Assembly (NCBI GenBank): GCA_045646465.1
Contig: JAZRKT010000048.1
Span: 1-49,849, forward strand
Direction of reading: 5' to 3'
Source of the DNA: Eubacteriales bacterium
Lineage (GTDB): Bacteria > Bacillota > Clostridia > Oscillospirales > CAG-382
DNA: 49,849 nt
Positions 20,082 to 30,016 of the stretch are shown one piece after another. How positions within the stretch are numbered: position 1 is the first letter of the stretch; each line of letters opens with the position of its first letter. Made by a program: the position numbers and the translations under genes. The notes beneath the pieces are model-generated. The model saw only the letters and a program-made list of their open reading frames with translations, was not told the origin of the DNA and made no database searches.

Positions 20082-21486
20082 ATATTTTGAAGAAATCTGC
20101 TCTGTGCCTCACGGCTCTGAAAATATGGAAAAAATCAGCGCATACTGTGTGGATTTTGCAAAAAAGCATAATCTCAGAGCTGTGCGTGATAAGGCAAATA
20201 ATGTAATCATATATAAGGACGGGTCACAGGGCTATGAAAATGCACAGCCCGTTATTCTGCAGGGGCATCTTGATATGGTGTGCCAGAAGACGCAGGACTG
20301 CAGTATTGACTTTGAAAAAAACGGACTTGATATATATGTTGACGAAGGCTATATTAAGGCAAGAGGTACAACCCTCGGAGCCGATAACGGAATAGCCGTT
20401 GCAATGATATTGTCAATTCTTGACGATACTTCTCTTTGCCATCCTCCCATAGAGGCGGTGTTTACAACAGACGAGGAAATCGGAATGATAGGCGCCTCGG
20501 CTCTTGACCACTCTTTGCTTTTGGGTAAAAGAATGATAAATATAGACTCTGAGGATGCAAGTGTTGTTACCGTTTCCTGTGCAGGTGGAAGCGATTTTCG
20601 TGTAAATATCCCCGTTGTACGTCAAGAAAAGCAGGGAAAGTGCATAACTTTTTCCGTAAAAGGACTTAAAGGCGGACATTCTGGCGTTGAAATAAACAGC
20701 GGAAGAATCAATGCAAATATGCTTATGGGAAGAATACTTAACCACGCTCTGACACAGTATGAGTTTGAACTTGTAAGCATAGACGGCGGAGATAAGGCAA
20801 ACGCTATTCCCACAAGCTGTACTGTAAGGCTTGTATCAGCTGATGCAGAGCAGCTTTGCCTTATGCTTGAAGAATACTGCGCACAGATAAAGGCGGAAAT
20901 TTCAGCAAGAGAAGGCGGATTTTTCACGGAAATAAAAGTTTCTGATGAAGACAGCGCGCCTCCGTTGGGTAAGAAATTTACAAAACAGCTTGTTTATATG
21001 CTTCTTTGTGCACCCGGAGGAGTTGTGCAGATGAGTGCTGAAATTGATGGTCTCGTGGAAACAAGTCTTAATATGGGAATACTTAAAACGGACGACAAGG
21101 AAATAACGTGTGCCTATGCCCTTCGAAGCAATAAAAAAACGGCGCTTGTGTTCCTTGAAGAAAAGCTTGAAGCCTTCTATGGCTATATGGATTGCAGAAT
21201 AACAAAAAGCGGACATTATCCACCGTGGGAGTATAATCCAAGCTCGCTTATGCGTGATTTGTATATCAAAAAATACGCCGAGCACTTCGGAAAAGAGCCT
21301 TCTGTTGAGGCAATTCACGCAGGACTTGAATGCGGTGTGTTTGCTTCGGCAAAGGACGGCTTTGACTGCATTTCAGTAGGGCCTGAAATGCACGATATTC
21401 ATACCGTAAACGAAAGACTTAGCATTGCTTCAACTGCTGATGTATATGATATAATTGTTGATATCTTAAGGGAGTTGAAGAATTAG
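20041..21486 (+). CDS. pepD: Aminoacyl-histidine dipeptidase (M20C)
   Basis: LQGHLDMV, TTLGADNGI, TTDEEIGM, INIDSED, GGHSG, IHAGLECG, IHTVNE. Confidence 0.93.
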   Translation: MKILEGLKPQKVFEYFEEICSVPHGSENMEKISAYCVDFAKKHNLRAVRDKANNVIIYKDGSQGYENAQPVILQGHLDMVCQKTQDCSIDFEKNGLDIYVDEGYIKARGTTLGADNGIAVAMILSILDDTSLCHPPIEAVFTTDEEIGMIGASALDHSLLLGKRMINIDSEDASVVTVSCAGGSDFRVNIPVVRQEKQGKCITFSVKGLKGGHSGVEINSGRINANMLMGRILNHALTQYEFELVSIDGGDKANAIPTSCTVRLVSADAEQLCLMLEEYCAQIKAEISAREGGFFTEIKVSDEDSAPPLGKKFTKQLVYMLLCAPGGVVQMSAEIDGLVETSLNMGILKTDDKEITCAYALRSNKKTALVFLEEKLEAFYGYMDCRITKSGHYPPWEYNPSSLMRDLYIKKYAEHFGKEPSVEAIHAGLECGVFASAKDGFDCISVGPEMHDIHTVNERLSIASTADVYDIIVDILRELKN

Positions 21487-21488
21487 GC

Positions 21489-21518
21489 TTGACTTTTAAC
21501 AGGTATATATGATAAAAT
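21489..21518 (+). promoter_or_regulatory. Possible sigma-A promoter for OPT-PqqD
   Basis: TTGACT-N18-TAAAAT with extended TGn. Confidence 0.45.
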
Positions 21519-21565
21519 ATACGAAGTACGCATAGTCGCAATAAAATGCGGCGGTAAGGAGAATC

Positions 21566-23470
21566 ATGAATAATCAAAAGGAATTCAAACCGTATATTCC
21601 CGCGGAAAAGGTAACGCCTGAAATTACCGTTACCTCAATTATTATGGGAATGATTTTGTCCATTGTATTCGGCGCAGCCAATGCATATCTTGGACTTCGT
21701 GTTGGTATGACTGTTTCAGCTTCAATACCTGCGGCAGTTATTTCAATGGGGGTTATCCGTGTTATTTTGCGTAAGCAATCCATTCTTGAAAGTAACCTTG
21801 TTCAGACCATAGGCTCAGCAGGTGAATCACTTGCAGCAGGTGCAATCTTTACACTTCCCGCACTCTTTTTATGGGCAGGTGAAGGTAAAATGGATAAGCC
21901 CGATATGCTTTCAATGGCACTTATTGCACTTCTTGGCGGTCTTTTGGGCGTATTCTTTATGGTACCCCTGAGAAATGCACTTATCGTTAAGGAACACGGC
22001 GTGCTTCCTTATCCCGAAGGAACAGCCTGTGCAGAGGTTCTTCTTGCAGGCGAAAAGGGCGGAGCAAATGCCTCAACGGTATTTGCAGGTATGGGCTTTG
22101 CAGCGGTGTTCAAGTTTATTATTGATGGCTTGAAGCTTGTAGCAGGCGAGGTTTCACTCACCTTCAAGGGCTTTGCGGGCACAATCGGTACACAGATTTA
22201 CCCCGCAGTAATGAGCGTAGGTTATATCTGCGGAGCAAGAATTTCCTCATATATGTTCGCAGGCGGCGTTCTCAGCTGGATGGTAATTATTCCTCTTGTT
22301 GTAATGTTCGGTCAGAATATCGTTCTTTATCCCGGTACCGAAACAATCGGCACTATGTTTGCCGAGGGCGGTGCAAGTGCTATCTGGAGCTCTTACATAA
22401 GATATATCGGCGCAGGTGCTCTTGCAGCAGGTGGTATTATAAGCCTTATTAAATCACTTCCACTTATTGTTAAAACATTTACAGGCGCAATGAAGAGTGT
22501 GAGTGGTGCAAAGATAGACAGCTCTTCCAGAACCTCACGTGATCTAAGCTTTAAGATAGTGCTTCTTGCTATTGCTGTTCTTACACTTCTTGTATGGCTT
22601 GTTCCTGCAGTTCCCGTAAATATTGTCGGTGCAATTATTATTGTAGTTTTCGGCTTCTTCTTTGCAACCGTTTCTTCAAGAATGGTTGGTCTTGTAGGAA
22701 GCAGTAATAACCCTGTATCAGGTATGGCAATTGCAACACTTCTTATTACAACACTTATACTTAAAGCTTTGGGTATTAACGGAGTAGCAGGTATGTGCAG
22801 TGCAATTTCCATCGGTTCAATTATTTGTATAGTTTCTGCTATTGCAGGCGATACATCACAGGACCTTAAGACAGGCTTCCTTCTCGGTGCAACACCCAAG
22901 AAGCAACAGATAGGTGAAATTGTGGGCGTTGTTGCTGCAGCAGTTGCAATCAGCGGAACACTTTACCTTCTTGATTCAGCATGGGGATTTGGCTCAGAAC
23001 AGCTTGGTGCACCTCAGGCTACACTTATGAAGCTTATCATTGAGGGCGTTATGGATGGAAATCTTCCCTGGGGACTTGTATTTGTAGGCGTATGTATTGC
23101 AGTTGTTGTTGAAATTATCGGTATTCCCGTTCTTCCCTTTGCGATCGGCGTATACCTTCCCGTACAGCTTAATGCCTGCATTATGGTAGGCGGTCTTGTA
23201 AGACTTGCTCTTGACAAACTTAAGAAGGACGAGGAGCAAAAGAAGGCTATTACAAGCGACGGAATTCTCTTCTGCTCAGGTATGATAGCAGGTGAAGGTC
23301 TTGTAGGTATTCTTCTTGCACTTCTTGCGGTATTCGGACTTGATAAGACACTTGACCTTTCGTCAAAGCTTGGCATCAGCCCTGTACTCTCCAATGTCGG
23401 CGGACTTGTACTCTTTGGTATAATCATCCTCAGCGTGCTTAAGTTCTCTGTCTGGAAGAAGCGTAAGTAA
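21566..23470 (+). CDS. OPT family oligopeptide transporter
   Basis: ANAYLGLRVGMTVSASIPAAV, LPYPEGTACAEV, GLVGSSNNPVSG, SQDLKTG, APQATLM. Confidence 0.95.
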   Translation: MNNQKEFKPYIPAEKVTPEITVTSIIMGMILSIVFGAANAYLGLRVGMTVSASIPAAVISMGVIRVILRKQSILESNLVQTIGSAGESLAAGAIFTLPALFLWAGEGKMDKPDMLSMALIALLGGLLGVFFMVPLRNALIVKEHGVLPYPEGTACAEVLLAGEKGGANASTVFAGMGFAAVFKFIIDGLKLVAGEVSLTFKGFAGTIGTQIYPAVMSVGYICGARISSYMFAGGVLSWMVIIPLVVMFGQNIVLYPGTETIGTMFAEGGASAIWSSYIRYIGAGALAAGGIISLIKSLPLIVKTFTGAMKSVSGAKIDSSSRTSRDLSFKIVLLAIAVLTLLVWLVPAVPVNIVGAIIIVVFGFFFATVSSRMVGLVGSSNNPVSGMAIATLLITTLILKALGINGVAGMCSAISIGSIICIVSAIAGDTSQDLKTGFLLGATPKKQQIGEIVGVVAAAVAISGTLYLLDSAWGFGSEQLGAPQATLMKLIIEGVMDGNLPWGLVFVGVCIAVVVEIIGIPVLPFAIGVYLPVQLNACIMVGGLVRLALDKLKKDEEQKKAITSDGILFCSGMIAGEGLVGILLALLAVFGLDKTLDLSSKLGISPVLSNVGGLVLFGIIILSVLKFSVWKKRK

Positions 23471-23471
23471 T

Positions 23472-23813
23472 ATGAAAAAGCAAACAAATTATCTTGACAA
23501 AATTCCGCAGAAAAATAAAAAAATTGGCTGGTCGAAAAACGAAGAGGGACTTGTAAGCCTTGAAATTGAAAATAAAGGCATTTTCAATAAAATAGCGCAG
23601 AAGCTTCTTAAAAAGCCAAAGATAAGCTACGTTCATCTTGATGAAAACGGCTCATTTGTATGGGAGCTTATTGACGGTAAAATGAATGTTTTTCAACTTG
23701 GAGAAATGGTGGAAGAGCATTTCGGCGAAAAGGCACATCCTCTTTATGAAAGATTGGTAAAATATTTCAGAATTCTCGAAAGCTACGGCTTTATTAGCTG
23801 GAGCAAGGAATAA
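23472..23813 (+). CDS. PqqD-family / RiPP recognition element (RRE) protein
   Basis: HLDENGSFVWELIDGK..V..L...EHFG..LYERL..YF..LESYGFI (PqqD winged-helix pattern). Starts 1 nt after the OPT stop. Confidence 0.8.
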   Translation: MKKQTNYLDKIPQKNKKIGWSKNEEGLVSLEIENKGIFNKIAQKLLKKPKISYVHLDENGSFVWELIDGKMNVFQLGEMVEEHFGEKAHPLYERLVKYFRILESYGFISWSKE

Positions 23814-23823
23814 GTAATATGTT

Positions 23824-23857
23824 TTGAGCTGTACCGTACGGTATGGCTCAATTTTTT
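23824..23857 (+). terminator. Intrinsic terminator
   Basis: TTGAGCTGTACC-GTAC-GGTATGGCTCAA followed by TTTTTT. Confidence 0.75.
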
Positions 23858-23877
23858 AATTGGCGATAAGAGTTGAA

Positions 23878-24086
23878 AAGTCAATTTCCATGACGGCACT
23901 GTCCCGTATTCCCTTTGACACAACGGGCAAAGTCAGACTTGATAACGCAAGGAATTTCTAAAAATGGGCGCAACAGCCATTGCCGCAGGTGTTACCTATG
24001 TTCCTGCTGAGATGACGGATAACGATGACTGTGTGGGCATTACGGAGAATGAAAGGAATTTTGTAGCGATTGGAAAGAACGCATAA
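23878..24086 (+). pseudogene. Degenerate 3' fragment of a KDPG/KHG aldolase (eda-like)
   Basis: KSISMTALSRIPFDTTGKVRLDNA, then a -1 shift at ~23949 to KEFLKMGATAIAAGVTYVPAEMTDNDDCVGITENERNFVAIGKNA*. Resembles the Eda C-terminus (..IPFMxTGGVxLDNAxEFLKxGA..). Confidence 0.55.
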
Positions 24087-24100
24087 GCAGTAATGTTAAA

Positions 24101-24143
24101 ACAAAAAAACAGCACCACGGCTGAATACAGTCGAGGTGCGTTT
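24101..24143 (-). terminator. Intrinsic terminator downstream of Fe-ADH
   Basis: GCACCACGGCTG-AATA-CAGTCGAGGTGC hairpin with an A-run on its left (U-run on the minus strand). Confidence 0.6.
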
Positions 24144-24164
24144 CATATATTGAATTGTTTTTTA

Positions 24165-25274
24165 TTACATAAACAAATCTCTTAAAATTTCTTCAGCCAC
24201 TTTAACGTCAACAACGCCATAGCACTTTTTTAGATTCTTGTTGTCCTCAAACCTCGGTAAAAGCTCCTGCAATTTGTCCTCAGACAGCTTAACGTCAAGC
24301 TTTGGCAGATTTGAACTAATGATGGAAATAAGTCTGTCTCTGTTCATTCCTGTCTGTGAGAAAAATGCTTTCGCTTCATCCGTGGCATTACGTATGTTGT
24401 GGTCGATAAAGGCAGGTAAGTAAACCGCACACGCGTTTCCGTGAGGCACGCCGTACTGCTCCGAGAGAAAATACCCCATACCGTGAGGGAAGCAGGTTCC
24501 CGCAACACTTATGGCAAGTCCGCCGTAAATTGAGGCACAGTATAGCTTTTCTCTGTCCTCGTAGGTGAGTGAGCAAGCTTCGCACTTTGCTGTTTTTTCA
24601 AGCATTTCAATTAGTATCTGGATGCCTCTTATGGCAAAGAAACGGCAGATTTCGTTAGAGGCACGGTTGAAGTAGGCTTCTACACAATGTGCTAAAGCAT
24701 CAAGTGCTGTTGAACGTGTAAACTCTGTTGAAAGGGAAAGGGTGTGGCTGGGGTCGCCAAAGCTCACAGACGGGTAAGTGTCGTCTGTACGAAAGCTCTT
24801 TTTTAATCCTTTTGAGTTGGTAATGACTGCAACGGGCGTTACCTCGCTTCCCGTACCCGAGGTTGTGCCTACGGCAATTATAGGAAGAGGCTTTGCATCC
24901 CAGTTCATAGAATAGAGTGCTTCTTCGCTTGTATCCTTGCACGCAGTAAGTACCGCAACTGCCTTTGCCGCATCAAGAGGCGAGCCACCACCGATTCCTA
25001 TTATAAATTCGGCACCTGATTTTTTTGCAAGCTGTGATGCTTCAAGACAGGAAATGTAGGTGGGATTCTGCTCTATACCATCATAGATTTCGTATGTTAC
25101 ACCCACGGATGTCAGGGCGTTTGTCACATCATCAAGCGCACCGCACTTTTTAGCACTTGTCTTTCCCGTTACGATAAGACAGCTTTTGCCGTATTTTTTG
25201 AAAATTTTGGCGTTTTTGCCTATACAGCCCTTGCCGGTAATTATCCTGGCGGGCATAAAAAAGTTTATTTCCAT
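24165..25274 (-). CDS. Iron-containing alcohol dehydrogenase family protein
   Basis: IGIGGGSPLDAAKA, TTSGTGSEVT, DALAHCVE, PHGMGY, VPHG. Confidence 0.92.
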   Translation of the reverse strand: MEINFFMPARIITGKGCIGKNAKIFKKYGKSCLIVTGKTSAKKCGALDDVTNALTSVGVTYEIYDGIEQNPTYISCLEASQLAKKSGAEFIIGIGGGSPLDAAKAVAVLTACKDTSEEALYSMNWDAKPLPIIAVGTTSGTGSEVTPVAVITNSKGLKKSFRTDDTYPSVSFGDPSHTLSLSTEFTRSTALDALAHCVEAYFNRASNEICRFFAIRGIQILIEMLEKTAKCEACSLTYEDREKLYCASIYGGLAISVAGTCFPHGMGYFLSEQYGVPHGNACAVYLPAFIDHNIRNATDEAKAFFSQTGMNRDRLISIISSNLPKLDVKLSEDKLQELLPRFEDNKNLKKCYGVVDVKVAEEILRDLFM

Positions 25275-25316
25275 AACGTTTACTCCGATTTTTTTGAAAA
25301 ATATTCATTATAGTGC

Positions 25317-25345
25317 TTGAAAAATCTTTTAGACTATTATATACT
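25317..25345 (+). promoter_or_regulatory. Sigma-A promoter for the cupin gene
   Basis: TTGAAA-N17-TATACT. Confidence 0.5.
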
Positions 25346-25396
25346 GTTTTTAAAGAAAAAACAATACTAATTTTATAATTTAAGGAGATTGTATCA

Positions 25397-25747
25397 ATGA
25401 TTAAGAGAAATAATGAATTTACACCCGAATACCGTGAAAATATGAGAGGCGGCGAAGGCACCGTTATCGTGACGGGATTTGTTACTCCTGAGGAGCTTAA
25501 TAACAAGGGCAGACTTTTTGGCAAGATAACCCTCAAACCCGGCTGCGGTATTGGTTTTCACGTTCACGAAAAGGATAGCGAGCTGTTTTATATCGTCAAG
25601 GGAACTGCTGTTTATGACGATAACGGCACAAGGGTTACGGTTAATGCAGGGGATGTAACGGTAACACCAAAAGGCGAGGGACACTCAATAAAGAACGAAA
25701 CAAATGAGGATGTTGAGCTTGTTGCTCTTATTGTATACGCAGACTAA
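25397..25747 (+). CDS. Cupin domain protein (TM1287-like)
   Basis: MRGGEG, LKPGCGIGFHVH..E.FYIVKG, GD......GEGHSIKN. Confidence 0.85.
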   Translation: MIKRNNEFTPEYRENMRGGEGTVIVTGFVTPEELNNKGRLFGKITLKPGCGIGFHVHEKDSELFYIVKGTAVYDDNGTRVTVNAGDVTVTPKGEGHSIKNETNEDVELVALIVYAD

Positions 25748-25830
25748 AGTAGACTGAAGTACGACGGTGTGTAGGCATACCGAGAAAATTGTATAAATAT
25801 TGTAAATAATAAAAAAAAATCGGTAAAACC

Positions 25831-25859
25831 TTGACAGAAACAAAAAAATGTTGTAATAT
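25831..25859 (+). promoter_or_regulatory. Sigma-A promoter for the liv operon
   Basis: TTGACA-N17-TAATAT with an A-rich UP region. Confidence 0.6.
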
Positions 25860-25901
25860 GTTGTATATATTTATATATAAAATTTTTGGAGGTATTTTAC
25901 A

Positions 25902-27038
25902 ATGAAATTTCTCAGACATTTAGCACTTGCTCTTGCAGTTGTTCTTTGCCTTGTTGCATGCGGAACTGCAGGTTCTACAGGCGAAGCAGATAACTATGCT
26001 TCAGAAAACACAGAATTCTTTATCGGTGGTACAGGTCCTCTTACAGGCGGTGCTTCCAGCTACGGTATTTCCGTTCAGCAGGGTGCAACACTTGCAATTG
26101 AAGAAATCAATGCAAACGGCGGTCTTAACGGTGTTAACTTCAAGTTTGACATCAAGGACGACCAGGCTGCAGCCGACAAGGCTTCCACAGCTTATGACCA
26201 GCTTTTCGAAGCAGGTATGCAGGTTTCCTTCGGTTCAGTAACAAGCGGTTCTTGCGAAGCTTTCTCCGCAAAGGCTGCTGATGACAACCTTTTCTATATG
26301 ACTCCCTCTGCATCTGCAGACATCTGTATTGCACCCTCCAACGGCTTCCGTGTATGCTTCGGCGACCCCGACCAGGGTATCCTCGCAGCTAACGAGCTTG
26401 TTGCGAACTTCGAAAATATTGGTGCTATCTATGACAAGAGCGATACATATTCAACAGGCATCTACGAAGCCTTCGACGCAAGAATGGCAGAGCTTGGTGT
26501 TGAATACAAGACTCAGTCCTTTGACGCTGAAAACAAGGTAGACTTCTCTACTCAGATTGAAGCTCTTAAGGATTGCGACGTTATCTTCCTTCCTTTCTAC
26601 TACACAGAAGCAGGTCTTGTTGCCAAGGCAGCAGTTGCTAAGGGCTGCGAAGCAGTTCTCTTCGGTTGCGACGGTCTTGACGGCGTAGCAGGTCAGGTTG
26701 ACGAAACAGTTACAAACACAATCAAGTACATCACTCCCTTCGACGTTAACAGCGACGACGAGAAGGTTTCAGCATTTGTAAAGGCATACACAGAAAAGTA
26801 CGGTGCAGCTCCCGACCAGTTCGCAGCAGATGGCTATGACGTTGTTATGGTTATCTACGAAGCAATGAAGAAGGCTGGCGTTGAGGACGTTACAATTGCA
26901 CCCGACGCACTTTGCGAAATCCTCAAGGCTACAGTTACAGCAGAAGACTTTGTATTCAACGGCGTAACAGGTACTATGACATGGGATGAATCCGGTGCAG
27001 CTACAAAGGCGCCTATCATCATCGAGCTTGGCAAGTAA
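25902..27038 (+). CDS. livJ: Branched-chain amino acid ABC transporter substrate-binding lipoprotein
   Basis: Lipobox LVAC, GPLTG..SSYG, AIEEINANGG, TPSAS, FRVCFGDPDQG, DQFAADGYD. Confidence 0.9.
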   Translation: MKFLRHLALALAVVLCLVACGTAGSTGEADNYASENTEFFIGGTGPLTGGASSYGISVQQGATLAIEEINANGGLNGVNFKFDIKDDQAAADKASTAYDQLFEAGMQVSFGSVTSGSCEAFSAKAADDNLFYMTPSASADICIAPSNGFRVCFGDPDQGILAANELVANFENIGAIYDKSDTYSTGIYEAFDARMAELGVEYKTQSFDAENKVDFSTQIEALKDCDVIFLPFYYTEAGLVAKAAVAKGCEAVLFGCDGLDGVAGQVDETVTNTIKYITPFDVNSDDEKVSAFVKAYTEKYGAAPDQFAADGYDVVMVIYEAMKKAGVEDVTIAPDALCEILKATVTAEDFVFNGVTGTMTWDESGAATKAPIIIELGK

Positions 27039-27058
27039 TAAACAATAGTTGTTTAACT

Positions 27059-27096
27059 TTTTGGTTGGACATGGACAACGTGTCCAACCAAAATTT
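27059..27096 (+). terminator. Stem-loop between livJ and livH
   Basis: TTTTGGTTGGACA...TGTCCAACCAAAA inverted repeat. Confidence 0.7.
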
Positions 27097-27199
27097 GCGT
27101 TTTGACATCGGAGAACCGTTTGACTTTTGTCGGGCGGCTTTGTCCGAGTTTTGTTTTTATCTATCCTATTATTAAAAATAGAGTTAGGAGCAGTTATAT

Positions 27200-28066
27200 A
27201 TGATAACGTTAATAGACGGACTCAGCCTTGGAAGCATATATGCACTTATAGCGCTGGGATATACAATGGTTTACGGCATAGCGAAAATGCTCAATTTCGC
27301 CCACGGCGATGTAATTATGGTTGGAGCATATGCCGTAATGGTAACATTGTCTTACTCGCTGTCACCTGCAGTTGCAATAGTTGTTGCGGTTGTTTTGTGT
27401 ACGGTGCTTGGAATGACAATTGAAAAAATCGCATATAAGCCGCTGAGAGGAGCATCGCCCCTTGCCGTACTTATTACAGCAATAGGTGTCAGCTATTTTC
27501 TTCAGGGTGCGGCACAGCTTCTTTTTGGCTCACAGCCAAAGCCTGTAGGAGCTGCGTGGAAACTGCCTGATGTTCCGTTCATTAATAACCTCGGCATCAC
27601 AACAGCCGCGGCGGTTACGCTTATCTGCGGTGTTGTTATTATGATAATTCTGACTCTCTTCATCAAACGCACAAAGACAGGTAACGCAATGCGTGCTGTT
27701 TCCGAGGACAGAGGTGCGGCAACACTTATGGGTGTAAATGTCAATGGTATTATCACCGTAACCTTTGCAATCGGCTCTGCTCTTGCGGCATTTGCTGGTA
27801 TGTTCTATCTTCTGCAGATACCCAATACTCAGCCTACTCTCGGTGCAATGCCTGGTATTACGGCATTTACTGCGGCGGTTATCGGCGGTATCGGCTCAAT
27901 TCCAGGAGCGATGGTTGGCGGAATACTTCTTGGCGTAGTTGAAAAGCTTTGCCTTGCTTCGCCTCTTTCGCCTTATACTGTTGCAATTAAATTCAGCTTG
28001 CTTATTATTATTCTCCTTGTTAAGCCCACAGGTCTTCTTGGCAAGGTGTCCAGAGAGAAGGTGTAA
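27200..28066 (+). CDS. livH: Branched-chain amino acid ABC permease
   Basis: GSIYALIALGYTMVYG..MLNFAHGD, AMRAVSED, AAVIGGIGSIPGA. Confidence 0.93.
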   Translation: MITLIDGLSLGSIYALIALGYTMVYGIAKMLNFAHGDVIMVGAYAVMVTLSYSLSPAVAIVVAVVLCTVLGMTIEKIAYKPLRGASPLAVLITAIGVSYFLQGAAQLLFGSQPKPVGAAWKLPDVPFINNLGITTAAAVTLICGVVIMIILTLFIKRTKTGNAMRAVSEDRGAATLMGVNVNGIITVTFAIGSALAAFAGMFYLLQIPNTQPTLGAMPGITAFTAAVIGGIGSIPGAMVGGILLGVVEKLCLASPLSPYTVAIKFSLLIIILLVKPTGLLGKVSREKV

Positions 28067-28068
28067 CT

Positions 28069-29244
28069 GTGAAAGATAAAAAAAGAACCTTCAATTTTAA
28101 AATAAAGGGCTTAATAAACTATGCACTTGTTCTTGTGCTTATGATTTACGGTATCGTGCTTTTTATGGGAGGCGGACTCCGCCCCTCAACAGCACAGCTC
28201 TTTTCACAGATGGGCTACAGCATTATTCTTGCGGTTTCTTTAAACCTTGTAGTAGGTTTTCTGGGCGAACTTAGCCTCGGTCACGCAGGCTTTATGTGCG
28301 TAGGTGCGTATGTGGGCGGTCTTTGCGCTGTTTATCTTAAGCAGGCAATGCCTGATATGAAGCTTGCGGTACTTATTGTTTCAATGCTTATAGGCGGTAC
28401 GGTTGCGGCTGCGTTTGGATTTATTATCGGACTTCCGTCCCTGAGACTTAAGGGCGACTACCTTGCAATCGTAACACTTGCATTCGGTGAAATTGTAAGA
28501 AACGTATTTATGAATCAGCAACTTTTCGGTGGAGCAAGAGGTCTTACAACAGGTACTCTCAAGTACGATACAAGACAGTCTCCTACGCTGTTTATCGTTG
28601 TATTTGCAGTAGCTCTTATAATGCTTGCACTTGTGCAGAATCTTGTCAAGAGTAAGCACGGCAGAGCAATTACGGCAATACGTGATAATGAAATTGCGGC
28701 AAAGGCAATGGGTATAAATGTAACCTTCTATAAACTGTTTGTATTTATTGTTGCGGCATTTTTTGCGGGCTGTGCAGGTGTTATTTACGCACATACCACA
28801 ACTCCCGTTCTTTATACCTTCTTCTCGTATAACTACTCAATTGAAATTCTCGTAATGGTAGTACTCGGCGGTATGGGAAGCATCTCAGGCTCAATTATTG
28901 CGGCTGTGTTTATCACATACGTGAACTTTATGCTTCAGAGCCAGCTTTCGGGCGACCTTGCTTCGCTTAGAAATCTTGTATACGCAGTTATTCTTATAGT
29001 CGTTGTAATCTTCAGTAACGCTCCTGCTCTTAAGAACTTCAGAGAACGCTACAGCCTCGGTGCATTGTTCTCACGCTTCAGTAAGTGGGATGCTTCCAAG
29101 CGCCGTGATGATGAAGCAAAATGGGCAAGAGTTCCTACCAAAATCAAAATGGATGCTCTCCTTTCAACTGATATGAATCCCACATCCAATCAGAGCATTC
29201 ACGGAGATCTTGGCTCAGGCGATGGCAAAGGAGGAAGTAAGTAA
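28069..29244 (+). CDS. livM: Branched-chain amino acid ABC permease
   Basis: GELSLGHAGF, LRLKGDYLAIVTLAFGEI, AIRDNEIAA. Confidence 0.93.
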   Translation: MKDKKRTFNFKIKGLINYALVLVLMIYGIVLFMGGGLRPSTAQLFSQMGYSIILAVSLNLVVGFLGELSLGHAGFMCVGAYVGGLCAVYLKQAMPDMKLAVLIVSMLIGGTVAAAFGFIIGLPSLRLKGDYLAIVTLAFGEIVRNVFMNQQLFGGARGLTTGTLKYDTRQSPTLFIVVFAVALIMLALVQNLVKSKHGRAITAIRDNEIAAKAMGINVTFYKLFVFIVAAFFAGCAGVIYAHTTTPVLYTFFSYNYSIEILVMVVLGGMGSISGSIIAAVFITYVNFMLQSQLSGDLASLRNLVYAVILIVVVIFSNAPALKNFRERYSLGALFSRFSKWDASKRRDDEAKWARVPTKIKMDALLSTDMNPTSNQSIHGDLGSGDGKGGSK

Positions 29245-30014
29245 TGAGTGAAATAATGCTTAAAACCGAAAACCTCGGCATTTCCTTCGGCGGTCTTAAG
29301 GCGGCACAGGACGTAAATATTACCATAGAAAAGAAACAGCTTTACGGTCTTATCGGTCCCAATGGTGCAGGTAAAACCACAATATTCAATCTTCTTACAG
29401 GCGTATATCAGCCTACAACGGGTAAGTTTTACCTTGATGGTGAAGATTTAACGGGTAAAAAACAGGAAACTATCAACAGAAAAGGCATAGCACGCACCTT
29501 CCAGAATATCCGCCTTTTCAATAATATGACGGTTATCAGTAATGTAATGGTTGGTCTTCATAATAATCTCAAGTATAAGAGTACACCTTTTGCAAGCATG
29601 CTCAGACTTCCTGCTCACTTTGCGGCAGAAAATAAAATGAGAGAACGTGCAAAGGAGCTGCTGAGAATCTTCGGACTTGAAGAAGAAAGAAATAACCTTG
29701 CCTGCAATCTGCCTTACGGTAAGCAGAGAAAGCTTGAAATTGCAAGAGCGCTTGCAACCGATCCCAAGCTTTTGCTTCTTGATGAGCCTGCGGCAGGTAT
29801 GAATCCTCACGAAACAGAGGATTTGGAAAAGACCATTCGCTTTATCAGAGATAACTTCGATATGACAATATTGCTTATTGAGCATGATATGAAGTTTGTT
29901 GCAAGTCTTTGCGATAAAATTACGGTACTTAATTTCGGAACTGTGCTTGTTGAGGGCGACACCAGAACGGCACTTCGTGATCCTGAGGTTATCCGTGCGT
30001 ATATCGGAGGTTAA
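29244..30014 (+). CDS. livG: Branched-chain amino acid ABC ATPase
   Basis: GPNGAGKTT, ARTFQNIRLF, LPYGKQR, LLLDEPAAG. Confidence 0.95.
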   Translation: MSEIMLKTENLGISFGGLKAAQDVNITIEKKQLYGLIGPNGAGKTTIFNLLTGVYQPTTGKFYLDGEDLTGKKQETINRKGIARTFQNIRLFNNMTVISNVMVGLHNNLKYKSTPFASMLRLPAHFAAENKMRERAKELLRIFGLEEERNNLACNLPYGKQRKLEIARALATDPKLLLLDEPAAGMNPHETEDLEKTIRFIRDNFDMTILLIEHDMKFVASLCDKITVLNFGTVLVEGDTRTALRDPEVIRAYIGG

Positions 30015-30016
30015 TT

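Noticed and set aside
23472-23813. PQQ or lasso/RiPP biosynthesis cluster (PqqD plus the PF14907-like genes)
   Set aside because: There is no pqqA/B/C/E, radical SAM, lasso cyclase, peptidase or precursor. The PqqD gene is separated from the nucleotidyltransferases by a terminator and other genes.
25780-25805. CodY box upstream of livJ
   Set aside because: The best match, AATTGTATAAATATT, has 4 mismatches to AATTTTCWGAAAATT in very AT-rich DNA, which is not significant.
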